Shown: positions 1 to 12,204 of the stretch, one piece after another
Position numbering within the stretch: the stretch's first letter is position 1
How the letters are laid out: the number at the start of each line of letters is the position of its first letter
Notes under the pieces: generated by a model
What the model was told of the DNA's origin: nothing
Databases searched by the model: none
What the model saw: the letters and a program-made list of their open reading frames with translations, nothing else
Program-made: the position numbers and the translations under genes
Origin: Epiperipatus broadwayi
Lineage: Eukaryota > Animalia > Onychophora
Length of the DNA: 64,000 nt
Assembly (NCBI GenBank): GCA_028023455.1
Contig: JAQFVV010000010.1
Span: 7,130,001 to 7,194,000, forward strand
Direction of reading: 5' to 3'

Positions 1-24
1 TCTTGTCTGAAATGTACTTGTCTT

Positions 25-900
25 ATCATCATTATTATTATTAATTATTTTTTAAAAAATAAATCTCAAAAACAAACCATACCATCTATCTGTTGTTATA
101 CTCGTAAAGCACCCTTCATCAAGACAATCAATCAACTTATTTCTTCTACTCTCTTTTTTTTTATTTTTAGCAATACTCTTCCAAAATATTTTTTATAATA
201 CCTTTGCCTCAACTTACAACTCAATCCAATTCTTCTTATTTCTAATAATTTCCTCAATAAATAATATTTCTTCACTTATTCATTTTATTACATTATATTG
301 CTAATTTTGCCCTTCCAATTTATCCCTTTTATTATTTTCTAAATTCACATTTTTAAAATTTCCGAATTTCTCTTTTGCAAAGCATTTAAGTTTCTTTCTT
401 AATTTTATTTCAATGGACCTGAAAATAATTTTTTATTCTTACACAAAACCTATTTGCTTATAAAAAAATTTATCATTACTTCAATCATTTGTATCAACTT
501 TAATTAAATATTTAAAAATAACATATTGTCACAATCTTCTTCACCATTATTAACAAATGTAATAGAATAAATTTTCAATCTTCAATGTCAATTTTCCCAT
601 TATCAAAAAACATTCACTTAGCCCATTTAAAAATAAACAAAACAGATGATTAAAAAATATCTAAGTAATATATAGGAGAAACCATTAAGTCTTGAAAATA
701 TTTTCTGATTTATATACACATTTCATAATGAATGTTTCACTTTACAATCTTAAGCCACTCCATCCCCACCTTCTAAAATTAAACAAAATCAATGAAATAA
801 ATATTAACCTCTCTTCTTTTCTATATCTCACTCCAAATTGTATAATAATTCTTTAAAGAAAATCAATTCTTGTTTGCATTTTTTTATTCAATTCAATTGT
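25..900 (-). mobile_element. Highly degenerate RTE-like LINE 3' remnant
   Basis: The minus strand near 80-170 resembles the RTE C-terminus (K/R-rich motif, then LID..MKGALRV...DRW), followed by an (AAT/GAT)n-like tail at 25-45. Boundaries are approximate. Confidence 0.35.
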
Positions 901-3466
901 ATGATAATTTTAACTGTCTGCCAGTTTTCTTCAGGACTGATACAAAGGCAGACAAATACATTTTAAATTATTTATTCATGTAATTCTTTTAAATACATAT
1001 ATATATATAATAAATAAATTGAATCAAATAAACATAAAAACATGAAAAAATGATATTTAAAATAAACACTCTTCAAAAAATTGAAAATCATAAAGTATTA
1101 CCAAACTAGCCAAAAAACAAAATTTTACTAAAATTCTCTCACAACCATGTCATTTATTATGAGACTTTCTCAAGTAAAATTTCAGTTAAGAAAATCTGTT
1201 TGTTAATAGATGAAACCTTGGTCATAAGAGAATTTTAGCCAAATTTTATTTTTTGCCTAGTTTTGTAATGTTATATGATTTTTTATTTTATTTATCACTA
1301 TTAGTATAGTGAGTGTTAGGTAATATTTAATTCTATTCCAACTGTATCTTGAATTAACTTGCTTGTCTTTAAATTGTGTTTCCTTTTTTTTATTCACAAC
1401 TCAGGTGTCACTTAAGAGCAGCTTTTAGATTACACATTATCATTATATAACAATATTATATATATAAAAAAATAACCAATAAGGTTGCATTTATGATTGA
1501 AATAAGATTCTGCAAAAATGACAGCATAATACTGTGAAAACAAATGTGCTAGAAAAAAAATACCACGACTAAACAACAAATGTTTAGTTAAAAAAACCTC
1601 ATTTAAAAAACACTGTCTTGCATTTAGCATAATTGAATTTCTATAAACAAACTGTCAATGGCATATATATATATCTTGCTATTAAAAGGTGTGAAGGTTG
1701 CCTTGACAGCAGTGAGAAATATTGATTACTATATTTTACTGTGAATGTTTAGGTGGTTACTGGTTGGAACTTAATTATATATATATATTGTGCCCATGTA
1801 TTTGTCACAGTCATTTTTAGTAGAACTTAAAAATAACTAGTTTTAAAAAATTTTAAATTTATACTAGTCGATACTATTTTATATTAATTTTATAAGTAAA
1901 ATAGGTTTAAACTTGTTAGATAAGAAGCTTAGAACGAGATTTAAAGTATTTTAAAGTTATTTTAATATAATTTAAATAATAAAAGTAATATATTATATCT
2001 TATTTGAAAGACAAAATTAATTTTTTGTTATTATATTTAACTGATATAATACTAAAACAATAGTATAATTACACTATTAAATATTATATATCTAATATAT
2101 TTTACATAATTTTATTTAAATTATTATTTTAAATAATTAGTAATTATTTATTATTCTAGAATGTTCTAAAAGAGTCATATGTCTAGAAAGTGTGTGTGTT
2201 AGTCTTTAAGCTTTCATGGGTTGAGCAAAAATATTAATTTGTAGTTTTTTTGTCAATAAAATTAGAAACATTAAAATGTTGCAAATAATATTTTATAAAT
2301 AATTAAATTTATTGTATTGTTTAAATAATATTCTTTGCTTTAAAATTAATATTTCAAATTACTAAATATATTTAAATTGTTTAAAGGAATGTATTTTATG
2401 TTATAGAAAATATTAAATAAATTTAATATAATATTAATGATGAGTCATAATTTAGAAAATTATTTTGTAAATAAAATAATTTGGTTTATATGTAAATTAG
2501 TATTTGATAAAAACTTGGATTAACTAATGAGATTACAAGATAAAATAAGTATAAATAGAGGTGTTCAATCAGTCTAGATAGTAGTAGTAATATTAATACT
2601 TTTTGTCAAATCTTGTTTTGTTCTGCTTGGTCTTGTTTTAAAGTTGTAATTTTTTATTAAAAAAAAATTATTTAAAAGTTAACTGCTTTATATTTTGAAA
2701 TATTTCAAGATAAAATGCTTTATAATATATATATATTATATTTCTTGCATCAAAAGATTTCAAAAATTTATTTTTAAGATTATTATATTATCTATATATA
2801 ATATTTTAAGTTTTTCATATTACAATATACATTTTATTCACATCTTTTAAAATTTCTATCTTATATTTCATTTTATATAGGTCTTCATAAATATATGTTA
2901 ATCTATATATTAAAATATGCATATTCATGTTTTTTAAAAAATATTCTTATCTTGATATAAACAAATTTTTATTATCCAATCCATGATATTATTATATAAG
3001 GTGAATTTTATTTTCAGGAGCATTTTTACCATTAGTCATAATGCAAAATATAAAAATATTTTTTTAATAAATTGAAAATAAACACTAAAATATATCACAA
3101 GAGATATTCACACAACATGAGACACTTAATTTTTTTTTTCATTTTACAAATGCCAGAAATTGTTTATGAAAGCTTGAATTTACTTAAATCAGATTTGTAA
3201 TTCCAATATAATTTTCTAGCTTTCATTATAGAATAAATAAACTTTTCTTAGTACACACATTGAACATTTTTATTTTTGAATTAAATCAGATTTGTTTATA
3301 AACGTGTTGCGTTTCATATAAATATGTACATTAGAATTCAAGTATAAGTTTTGTACTCCAGAAAAAGGAAAATTTATTAGCGAAATATATTTTAGATCAC
3401 TAACTGATAAGGATTAATTAATGATTAAATTTCCATAGAATGTAACAATAAGTAAATATTTATGTA

Positions 3467-4527
3467 CACCTGGATCTCTTTTTATGCGGACTTATTTAAC
3501 ACGATTTTGAATTTACGCGGTTTGTGTTTCACCGGAAGTCGAACTCCGATATTGCGCTACTACTTTAAATAATAAATTTCGCGTATATTGAAAGTTATAG
3601 CACATTATTGGAATTCGACTTTCAACTTAGTAATTTCAATATTTTCAGTGCTTTATAATAGTAAGATTTTATGCAATAATGAAATTAAAATCATGATTTC
3701 CACATTTTATGTATACACACATTAAATTTTACAAGATTATAATGTAAATTTGTTCAAACATTGTGCGTGTTAATTTTGCATTTTAAATCACATTCTGTTT
3801 TTGCTTTTTAAAAAAGAACGTAATCAATTATTAATCATTTAGTGACCACAAGTTTATTTTTAAAAGGTCAGTAATAGCAGTGGGCACAATTAAATTTGAC
3901 AATTAAAAATTAAAATCTGATTTTTAATTGTAATTAACAATTTAAAAATTACTTACGGCGACTTGAAATAATGTGATGTGAAATTTGATTTTTAAACGGA
4001 ATTGAAAATTAAAGACAAAAATAAGAATTTAATTTTTAGTTGTTAATTTCATAAACAATTAATAAAATCATCGTCTCAAAGATTAATTACTAATTACGTT
4101 GTCATTCAGAAAACCATCGACACAACATGAGTGTGAAGTTGGCGCTAGTTGTTTGCAAACGAACGTTTTTTTCGGCAAATAGCTATAATAATTAAAACGT
4201 GTATAAAAAATGTAAATTACTGTACTGTAAATTATGCATAAAAATATATTATTTTGAATAAAATTAAATATTATAGTTAACAAAAGTTTGTCTTGTATCA
4301 ATTTTTTTCAAATTTGAAATTTTTTATTAGTCATATTTTATTTCCTTATTTTTTTTTTGCGCGAATTTTAAAGTAATTTTACGTTGGTGCTTTGCTTTTA
4401 TGCGAATTTTGAAAAATCACAGACCACATCCCCCCTTTTTCAATGTAAGTTACGTCTATTTTTGTGCGATTTCGTTTGCGCGTGTTTTCTGAGGAACCTA
4501 TCTATCGCGTAAAACGAGACACAGGTG
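3467..4527. mobile_element. Non-autonomous Tc1/mariner-pogo (Tigger-like) element / MITE
   Basis: TIRs: left CACCTGGATCTCTTTTTATGCGG versus right (reverse complement) CACCTGTGTCTCGTTTTACGCGA, 18/23 identical. TA dinucleotide on both sides (3465-66 and 4528-29). No transposase ORF inside. Confidence 0.8.
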
Positions 4528-4626
4528 TATTTGCAATAAGAAAATTGAGTTTGATAATTACCAAGAAATATTTGCTAATTACAAATATTTCTTGATACAA
4601 TAGAAATTGAAAACAATTAAAATTAC

Positions 4627-4760
4627 TTCTGAATGAAGCCAACCTGATCGCAAGCAGCAGCTGAACAGAGCCAAAGTGCTTTGGGAACTGAGGCCGGAAG
4701 AAACTGTCTAGAAAGCAGACAGTTGTTAAGTGCATCATGGGACATGAAACTTACATGAAC
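4627..4760 (-). other. Candidate exon (coding status unresolved)
   Basis: GC-richer island with minus-strand acceptor tatacag|TTCATG and possible donor CAGAA|gtaatt. Spliced in phase 0 from the 4959-5046 exon it gives F-M-stop. Another frame is open (HVSFMSHDALNNCLLSRQFLPASVPKALWLCSAAACDQVGFIQ). Confidence 0.3.
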
Positions 4761-4958
4761 TGTATATACTGTGTTTTGTTGTATCAATAACTTTTCGCTA
4801 TTAATTACATTTCATCATTTATTGATTTATTTGTTATTATTTATTGTTTTATTTGTTGGTATTCTGAGTGCTTGCATTTCAAATACACAATCAAATGCAG
4901 TAACAATAAAATTTCATAATAACAACTACAGTTGTTACAAAATTAATGAAACTCTTAC

Positions 4959-5046
4959 CTGAGTCTCAGACTTTGAATTAGACTCCCGAGGAGGAGTTGC
5001 AGCCTTGTTTTTGATACTTAAATCCATCTTTTTCCGCTTTCCAGTT
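4959..5046 (-). CDS. Candidate internal exon of an unidentified gene (TGKRKKMDLSIKNKAATPPRESNSKSETQ)
   Basis: 88-nt GC-richer block bounded by acceptor ttttttaag| and donor CAG|gtaaga. Only one frame is open throughout. No recognisable family. Confidence 0.45.
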
Positions 5047-7299
5047 CTTAAAAAATATATATGTTTTTATAACACAAATAATATATATACACAAATACAA
5101 AAACAATATATATTACATTCACAGAGATAAAGCATTCATAAATTTTATTCAATACAGATAATAACAGATATCTAATACTTTCCAAGTTAATCAAATTTTT
5201 AAATTTTTTTTCCACTTCTTATATTATACTATTTTCATGCATTAGTTTCAATATTTAAAAAATGTTAAAACTTTGTAATAAAATTCATAATTTAATTAAT
5301 TTTTGTTAATTAGATTAATCTATAAACATTATAACAACAGTTTACTTTATAGTAAATTAGTACAATAATAATTATTCAATTGAGTTGTTAATCTACATGA
5401 CTAAACATAATGAACAACTAGTTTTTATTATATAATAAATAAAAATTTCATAATTTATTTCATTTTTTTTATAATAAAAACTATAAACATTAATCTACAC
5501 TTTAAAAAAAAAAAAGTAGTGTGCATGACAAACTCATGAAAATAAACATACCAAAAAATTTAAAAAGTTATTTTAAAGTGATAATTAATATACACCAAAC
5601 AACGCATTATATGAATGTTTCATTATGCTATTGTACCAATATCTATATGAGTAGTAGTAATCAAATTTATTTATTGCATTCCAGGTCATTAATGCATACT
5701 ATATGGTAACTATGCCTTTCAAATTCCTAATATCCACTAAGGCTTGGGACTATCATATAGTGGTCATTGTTTACTCAGGCTTAAATGGCTCCAGATTAAA
5801 TAGAGTGGATTACTACATCTACTGTAGATCATAATCAGTAAATGCAATCCACATTTTAATGCTTCACCATGATTAATTTAAAATACTATTTTAAATTTTT
5901 GACTTTGAAACAGCATATTACATAAAGAGTTATCGGAATTCTTGTATGCAGATCAATAAGGTTTTTAATTATTAAATCCTTGGAATTATTTTATCTAAAA
6001 GCCATTTTATATATGTTAGATTGACATATTAGCTGACTACTTTAGAAGTTTATTTCAAGTAGAAATGAATAGCAATTCACTCGAATTCATCCCCCCAATC
6101 ATATAAAAATGACATGCATTGCTTCAATATACCCTATTTCAATTACATTATGCAAAAAAAAAAAAAAATCTAAATAAATACAATAAAAATCATAAATTTA
6201 ATAAATTTCATGAGTATTTATCACAAATAGTATGTCAGCAGTTATTTGTTTGTCTTACAGTGTTCTCACTAATTCTAATGTGATTTCGTTTATTAACTAA
6301 ATTTTCTTTATATATGTTGAAAGCATAGGCATTTTTTCTTCACTTTTTTTTTCTTCCAAAAATGTAATATATTTCATATATAAAATGTATTCTAAGTGTA
6401 ATTTTAAAAAGTTTGTACTTTCTTTAATAAGCAATAAAACTAAAATTATGATTTGTAGTGAAAGAAAAAAAATCATATTCAGAAGTGGACGATATATTTA
6501 AAAACAATGAATCATCTATAAAAAATAATGAAAAGCATATGCATGCCATAGTTGTTTGTGATCCTCAAATATCAAGTTATACCCATGTTAAAAGATAATT
6601 TTTTTGATAAGGCACTGAATTAATAAATCGAAAGTAAGAAATGGTAAACTATTTTTGGTAGATATTGTATTGTCAGAAAGCTCAAAATCTGTTAAGTAGA
6701 TTATAATATGGTATTGTCTATTTTATTTTAAAAAAATAAATTACAGTAAATGTTTTGTTATTTTTTGAGTGAATATGAATAAATGAAAATGCATATATAG
6801 TAAATATATATGTAAATTTATTTTACATTAAAAATATTTTTTTAAAAAAATTGTTTATAATATAATTTACAGGTATATGCATTTTGTACACATAAAAAAG
6901 CACCTGTTTCATATATGTGTGTGTAAGTTGAAAAGTAAAATACACCTAAACCTCATTTAGAGATTGATTTTTATTTGAGGATTCAGAATAGCGATCATCA
7001 TCAATTTGTATCCACTACTTGATTTACAATTGATTATTCACTATAATTTTTAAAAAAATTTCAAAAAAATATTTTTGATGGCCATATGTAAGATTAATGC
7101 CATCATAGGATTATTATTAACACTACATCATCCAAAAGCAAAATAGTGACGTTCCCGCTAAAATTGCATAGTTTATTCATAATACATATTACAGTACACA
7201 ATATTAGTGTTGCATACAATATTTTGATCATAAACTTAAAATATGATTAATGAATGTGGAACTGCCACATGTGGGTGTGCAGGATATAAAGGCACTTTG

Positions 7300-7830
7300 T
7301 CAATTGGAGTGACAAATTACAGTGATAATTAATAAAATTTATATGCAAATGAAAATTCTTAGATTCATGAATCGCTCGTTAGAAATACATTCAGATTAGT
7401 AAATGCCTAGATTTACGAATCACTCCATTGTTAAAAACACATTCTGACTGTGAATATTTTTTATTTAAATATAAGATGACTTTTTGACTTAAACTGTTTG
7501 AAATATATTAAATTTTATATACTCTATCCTTGAGCTGCATTGAACAGACAGATGCACTGCGATAAGTAATAAAATTTATATGTTAGATGAAAATGTTTAG
7601 GTTTTTGAATCATTCTAATCTTAAAAACACATTTTGATTGCAGATATTTTATTTAAATACAAGCGGATTATCATTTTATTCAGACTTTGGACAATTGTTC
7701 AAAATATACTAAGTATATTATCTCAATATACTAAATGCCCTAAACCAGACTTGGCACCATTTCGCTGCGATAATTAATAAAATTTATTTGTAAATGTTTA
7801 GATTTCCAAATTACCTTTATTTAAAAATCC
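7300..7830. repeat. Degenerate tandem repeat, ~210-240 bp period
   Basis: GATAA(T/G)TAATAAAATTTAT recurs at 7324, 7561 and 7769, with similar downstream sequence (AAAAACACATT...TATTTAAATA). Confidence 0.65.
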
Positions 7831-9241
7831 TAATTTATATGAAAAATAACACAATACTATTAATAATTTATTTAAAAATAAATATTTAAAAACATTCATA
7901 ATAATTCTGCATAATAGCCAATTTAATTTATCTGTCATATTTTAGAACCTTTTCTGTTGTGAGTTTGTATAATTGTTGAGGTTAGAGTACATTATCAAAA
8001 GCTTAAACATGTGGTTTGGGGGTCTAATTCGATGAAGTCATGTTTTTTTTTAACATCAATATTGTCCTTTTTCTTTTTATTACTAATATTATCATTTTTT
8101 AAAATACTGATATGATTTTTTTTATGTTCTACTAATATGCTTTTATTGGATTTTTATTATAGTGAAATTTATTTGGCTAAAATTTGCAATTGATCCATAA
8201 AATTATGAATTAAACAAGGTCCAAATCCAAGAAAAATAGAGTTAAGAAAAAACAATTTTTTAAAAAGATATTATTGCACATTTTATTAACATGGCATTAT
8301 TGTTTAATGTCCATCTGTTAATTGTCACAACTACACAACTTCACACAAAAGTGAATTGGCCACACGTGTTACGAAGGAGTCAATTTCATAAATTCATTTG
8401 ATATTTATTATTCTATTAGCAAATATTGCTTTCTTTATTTGACTTTATTAAGGAAAGTTGTAGCTAACAATATGCTTTTGGGCAAGCTTACCTTTACTGT
8501 ATAATGATCTGCTCCAAGTCCATGTATTCACTCCACTAGACAAGCATACATTATAATCTAAATTATCCCAGTTAATTTATAACTTCATCATCATTTTTTA
8601 AAAAATACTTTTCAAAAAATATCTTTTTCCTTTATCGAGCTGTCTATTTCCAAAATTACCCTCTCTTTCTTAATTAATCAATTTTTAATTAAACATTTTT
8701 TCCTTCTTTTTGATCCATTTAATTATAGCATTTTTTTTTAAACAATTCTTTTCAAAAGACAATAGATATATATGTGGCTTGACTTCAAAATTTTGAATTC
8801 ATTTTTGAAAACAAACCAAATTTAATATTAATTTAATAACTTTCAGTTTAATATTTTCTTTTCTTTTAAAACAAACAACTTTTATGTCATCTTATTTTCT
8901 CTTTAACCCAATTATAATATCTCTTAAACAAAGAAAAATAAAATAGCTAAAAGAAAGCACATTAACACATCTTAGTGTTATGATCTGAATTCAATTTACC
9001 ACCTCTCTACCTCAGCATATACACGCTTAAGTATTGTCTTTTTAATAAGAAGCTATTACAAAGAACTGCAATATATATAGTAAAAATAGTAATCAATAAA
9101 GCAAATCATATATTGAGTGACTTGTTTAAGCTTGTATTACAATTATGTAATATAGGGAACATACCAATAGCTCTAACAAGCTTTTATCAATAAGTGCTAC
9201 AAGAGAAACCATTCAAAATATCTATCTATAATTATCCCTAT

Positions 9242-9281
9242 CCTCAGACTGGTTTAAAGATTTTGGTTCACTTTAGTGAGG
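9242..9281 (-). ncRNA. Degenerate hammerhead motif (family 1, copy A)
   Basis: CCTCA CTAAAGT GAACCAAAATCTT TAAA CCAGT C TGAGG. Stem I is intact; the core is mutated. Confidence 0.55.
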
Positions 9282-9622
9282 TGCTACGACATTCAGACAC
9301 TACATCTAAAATAGAAATTCAAAGCCAGCACTTATCTAATATGTAACTATTAAGTAGAAAATCTGAAATTTTCAGAATAGCTATATGGGTCTGAAAACAC
9401 TTCAGCCTCACCATATATTAATAGCCTCAGCAATATAACATCGCCAAAGCTGCAATGGCAAAATTATAATAATCAGTAAAACAAGTCATATATTGCATGA
9501 CTTGTTTTAAGCTTGTATTATGGATATGTAATATAAGGAGCATATCAATAGCTCTAACAAGCTTTTATTGATAAGTACCACAAGAGAAAGCATCCAAAAT
9601 TTCTATCTAGAATTATCCCTAT

Positions 9623-9662
9623 CCTCAGACCGGTTTTGAGTTTTTGACTCTCTTCAGTGAGG
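9623..9662 (-). ncRNA. Type I hammerhead ribozyme motif (family 1, copy B; G12A)
   Basis: CCTCA CTGAAGA GAGT-CAAAA-ACTC AAAA CCGGT C TGAGG. It has a 5-bp stem I, CUGANGA, a 4-bp stem II, palindromic stem III ACCGGU and a GUC triplet. Only G12 of GAAA is changed. Confidence 0.8.
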
Positions 9663-9865
9663 CTTTAGCTATGTTATATTGCTGAGGCTATTAATATATG
9701 GTGAAACTGAAGTGTTTTCAGATCCATATTGTTATTAAGTTAGATAACTGGATTTAAAGACATTTACATGTCTGAAATTTTCAGATTTTTTAGTTAATAG
9801 TTACATATTAGATAAGTGCTGGCTTTGAGTTGGTATTTTAGATCTAGTGTCTGAATGTCCTAGCA

Positions 9866-9904
9866 CATCACTGAGGTGATCCAAAAGTTCGAAACTGATC
9901 TGAT
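9866..9904 (+). ncRNA. Hammerhead motif (family 1, copy C; A9U)
   Basis: CATCA CTGAGGT GATC-CAAAA-GTTC GAAA CTGAT C TGAT. Confidence 0.6.
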
Positions 9905-10243
9905 AGGGATAATTCTAGATAGAGATTTTGAATACTTTCTCTTGAGACACTTATCAATAAAAGCTTATTAGAGCTTTTGGTATGCTACCTATATTACATA
10001 TTTGTAATACAAGCTTAAAACAAGTCACATGAAATATGACTTGCTTTATTGATTTTTATAATTTTGCCCTTGAAGCTTTGGCAATCTAAGTGTTTTCAGA
10101 CCCATATAGCTATTTAAGTTAGATAGCTGGATTTAAAACATTTAAGTGTCTGAAAATTTCAGATTTTCTACTTAATAATTATATATTAGATAAGTGCTGG
10201 CTTTGAGTTGGTATTTTAGATCTAATGTCTGAATATCTTGGTG

Positions 10244-10283
10244 CCTCACTGAGGTGAGGCAAAAGCTCGAAACTGGTCTAAGG
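10244..10283 (+). ncRNA. Hammerhead motif (family 1, copy D; A9U)
   Basis: CCTCA CTGAGGT GAG-GCAAAAG-CTC GAAA CTGGT C TAAGG. Confidence 0.65.
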
Positions 10284-10402
10284 ACAGGGATAATCCTAGA
10301 TAGAGATTTTGAATGCTTTCTCTTGTGATATTTATCAATAAAAGCTTGTTAAGAGTTATTGGTATGCTCCCTATATCACATATAAAATAGAATGTTCATA
10401 CA

Positions 10403-10732
10403 TCTATATTTATTTCAATTTTCGACATGTATTTCAACAATAACAAAAAAATAATAAGAAAATGTCCAAATATTTAAATAAAATCTTATATCGTAAATTA
10501 TTTACAAGAATGTCAAAATATTAGTAAAAAGGCCATATCAAATGTCAAAATATTTTCCAAAAAAGACGGAGAAAATGTAAAATATTTTATTAAAAGTCGG
10601 ACAAATTGGGAAAATATTTTAATAAAAGTCGGAGAAAATGTAAAAATATTTTAAAAAGAGTCAACCCCGAATCGATATAATTGTGTGTTTTTAGCAGAGA
10701 AAGAACGCTACCAAGCGACTGGCCTGGCCTAG
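10403..10732 (+). mobile_element. Probable non-autonomous Helitron with internal minisatellite
   Basis: Starts A|TCTATATT and ends CTAG|T. A small hairpin CGCT-ACCA-AGCG lies 11 nt before the CTAG. The interior has degenerate AAAAGTCGGAGAAAATGTAAAATATTTT / AAATGTCAAAATATT repeats. Confidence 0.55.
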
Positions 10733-12204
10733 TACCAAAAAAATAATGGACAACTTATTATTTTAGTTTATAGTTGTTCCTGTAATCTACCTAAAACTCC
10801 CATTAGCCTCCTTAATGTAACTAATAAACAGCATTCACAAAGTTTTATATTATTATTATTTTCTTATAATCACTCTCCTTTCTATTTGTTTGTTTGGGCC
10901 AAATCTTATAACCAATTTTTAACCTACTGCTACCGAATATATTTTCTTCAAATTTTTGTACATGTTTGGTGTTAATGATAATGTAATACTTCAAAATTGT
11001 CCAGTCTAACAGTATTAGCAGGTGACATTTCAAACCACATTTAAATTGGTTTCCTAATTTCTGAGTTATGCTTAATAGATGGCAATGTTTTAATTTAACT
11101 TGTATGGGATTTTTAATCACATTACAAATATAAAAAAATTGTGTGCCTAACTTTTTCAGAGTTCTCTCTAGTCATTCTTGTCAGTTGTAACACTTAGCCC
11201 ATTTTGTACGCAATGCAATACTGTTTTGATATTTGCATTGACTTTATTCAGCAGTTTTAAGCATAAGATTGCAGTTTTTGATTTTAGCACATGCGTATAG
11301 TATTCGGATATTAGTTTGTAAAGTTTCATATAGATGGCAGTTATAATTAATGGGTTATTAGATTTTCCCTGGATTTTATCTGGAAACCCCTTATACATTT
11401 CTCTACCTAGTTGGTAAGAAGATGCAAGTGACTTTTCATCATTCAAAGTTATCATGGTACTTTTAGTATTTTTGTATTCGTTGCAATTGGTAAGTTACAT
11501 AATAATTATATATGTTTGTTTGTTTGTTTTTTAAAAAAAAAAATCCAATAAAAATCGCCTCTGATTTTCTACAGAGATTTCAAGAACTTGAAAACTTTTT
11601 CACTCTATAAAGTTTTATTAACTAAAAATCAGCAATCAATAAAAAAAAAAATATTCAGTTTCCAAATCAAGTGAGTATTACTAAACATTTTTATAATATA
11701 TTTCAAAAAATAATTGATAGTAATCTTTTCTTTCCTAGATTTTGAAAATATACATCATTTTTTCAATTGTGAATTTTCAAAATCACAAGATGTTTTTCTT
11801 GCCGATAAATGTTTGAATTCCTTTTTTTTTTCTTGTTATAATCATTATATTTTTTATAAAATATTTTAGGCTTTATAATGTATGTGATTCAAAACTTTTC
11901 ATATATATATATTTTATAATAATGTATTTCAATAAATAAATAAATAGCATATATATATTGAGAAATGTGATATCATGTATATATATATACGTTTGCAATC
12001 ATTTTTTCCCATCATCCATGGCTTTTTTTTTTTTGATAAAAATATTTTAGGCTTATAAATATATATGTGATTCAAGATATCTGGTTCTGTATTTTTTTAT
12101 ACTTATATTATGTATTTTTTTAATGGCATTGATAACTTTTAGCATATAGGTATGTGCTATATAATTTGAAGATTTTGATTGTTTTTGTATGTATATTAGG
12201 TATA

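Larger units (their letters stand above)
9060..10382. repeat. ~380-bp tandem repeat carrying a type I hammerhead motif (retrozyme-like), inverted at 9662/9663
   Basis: Landmarks GCTTGTATTA at 9130 and 9511 (period 381) and AGATAAGTGCTGGC at 9810 and 10188 (period 378). The segment 9663-10382 is the reverse complement orientation of 9060-9662. One HHR motif per unit. Confidence 0.9.

Noticed and set aside
8490-8560. Minus-strand exon candidate with donor AAG|gtaagc
   Set aside because: The frame needed to join the 4959-5046 exon has a stop, and the acceptor is ambiguous.
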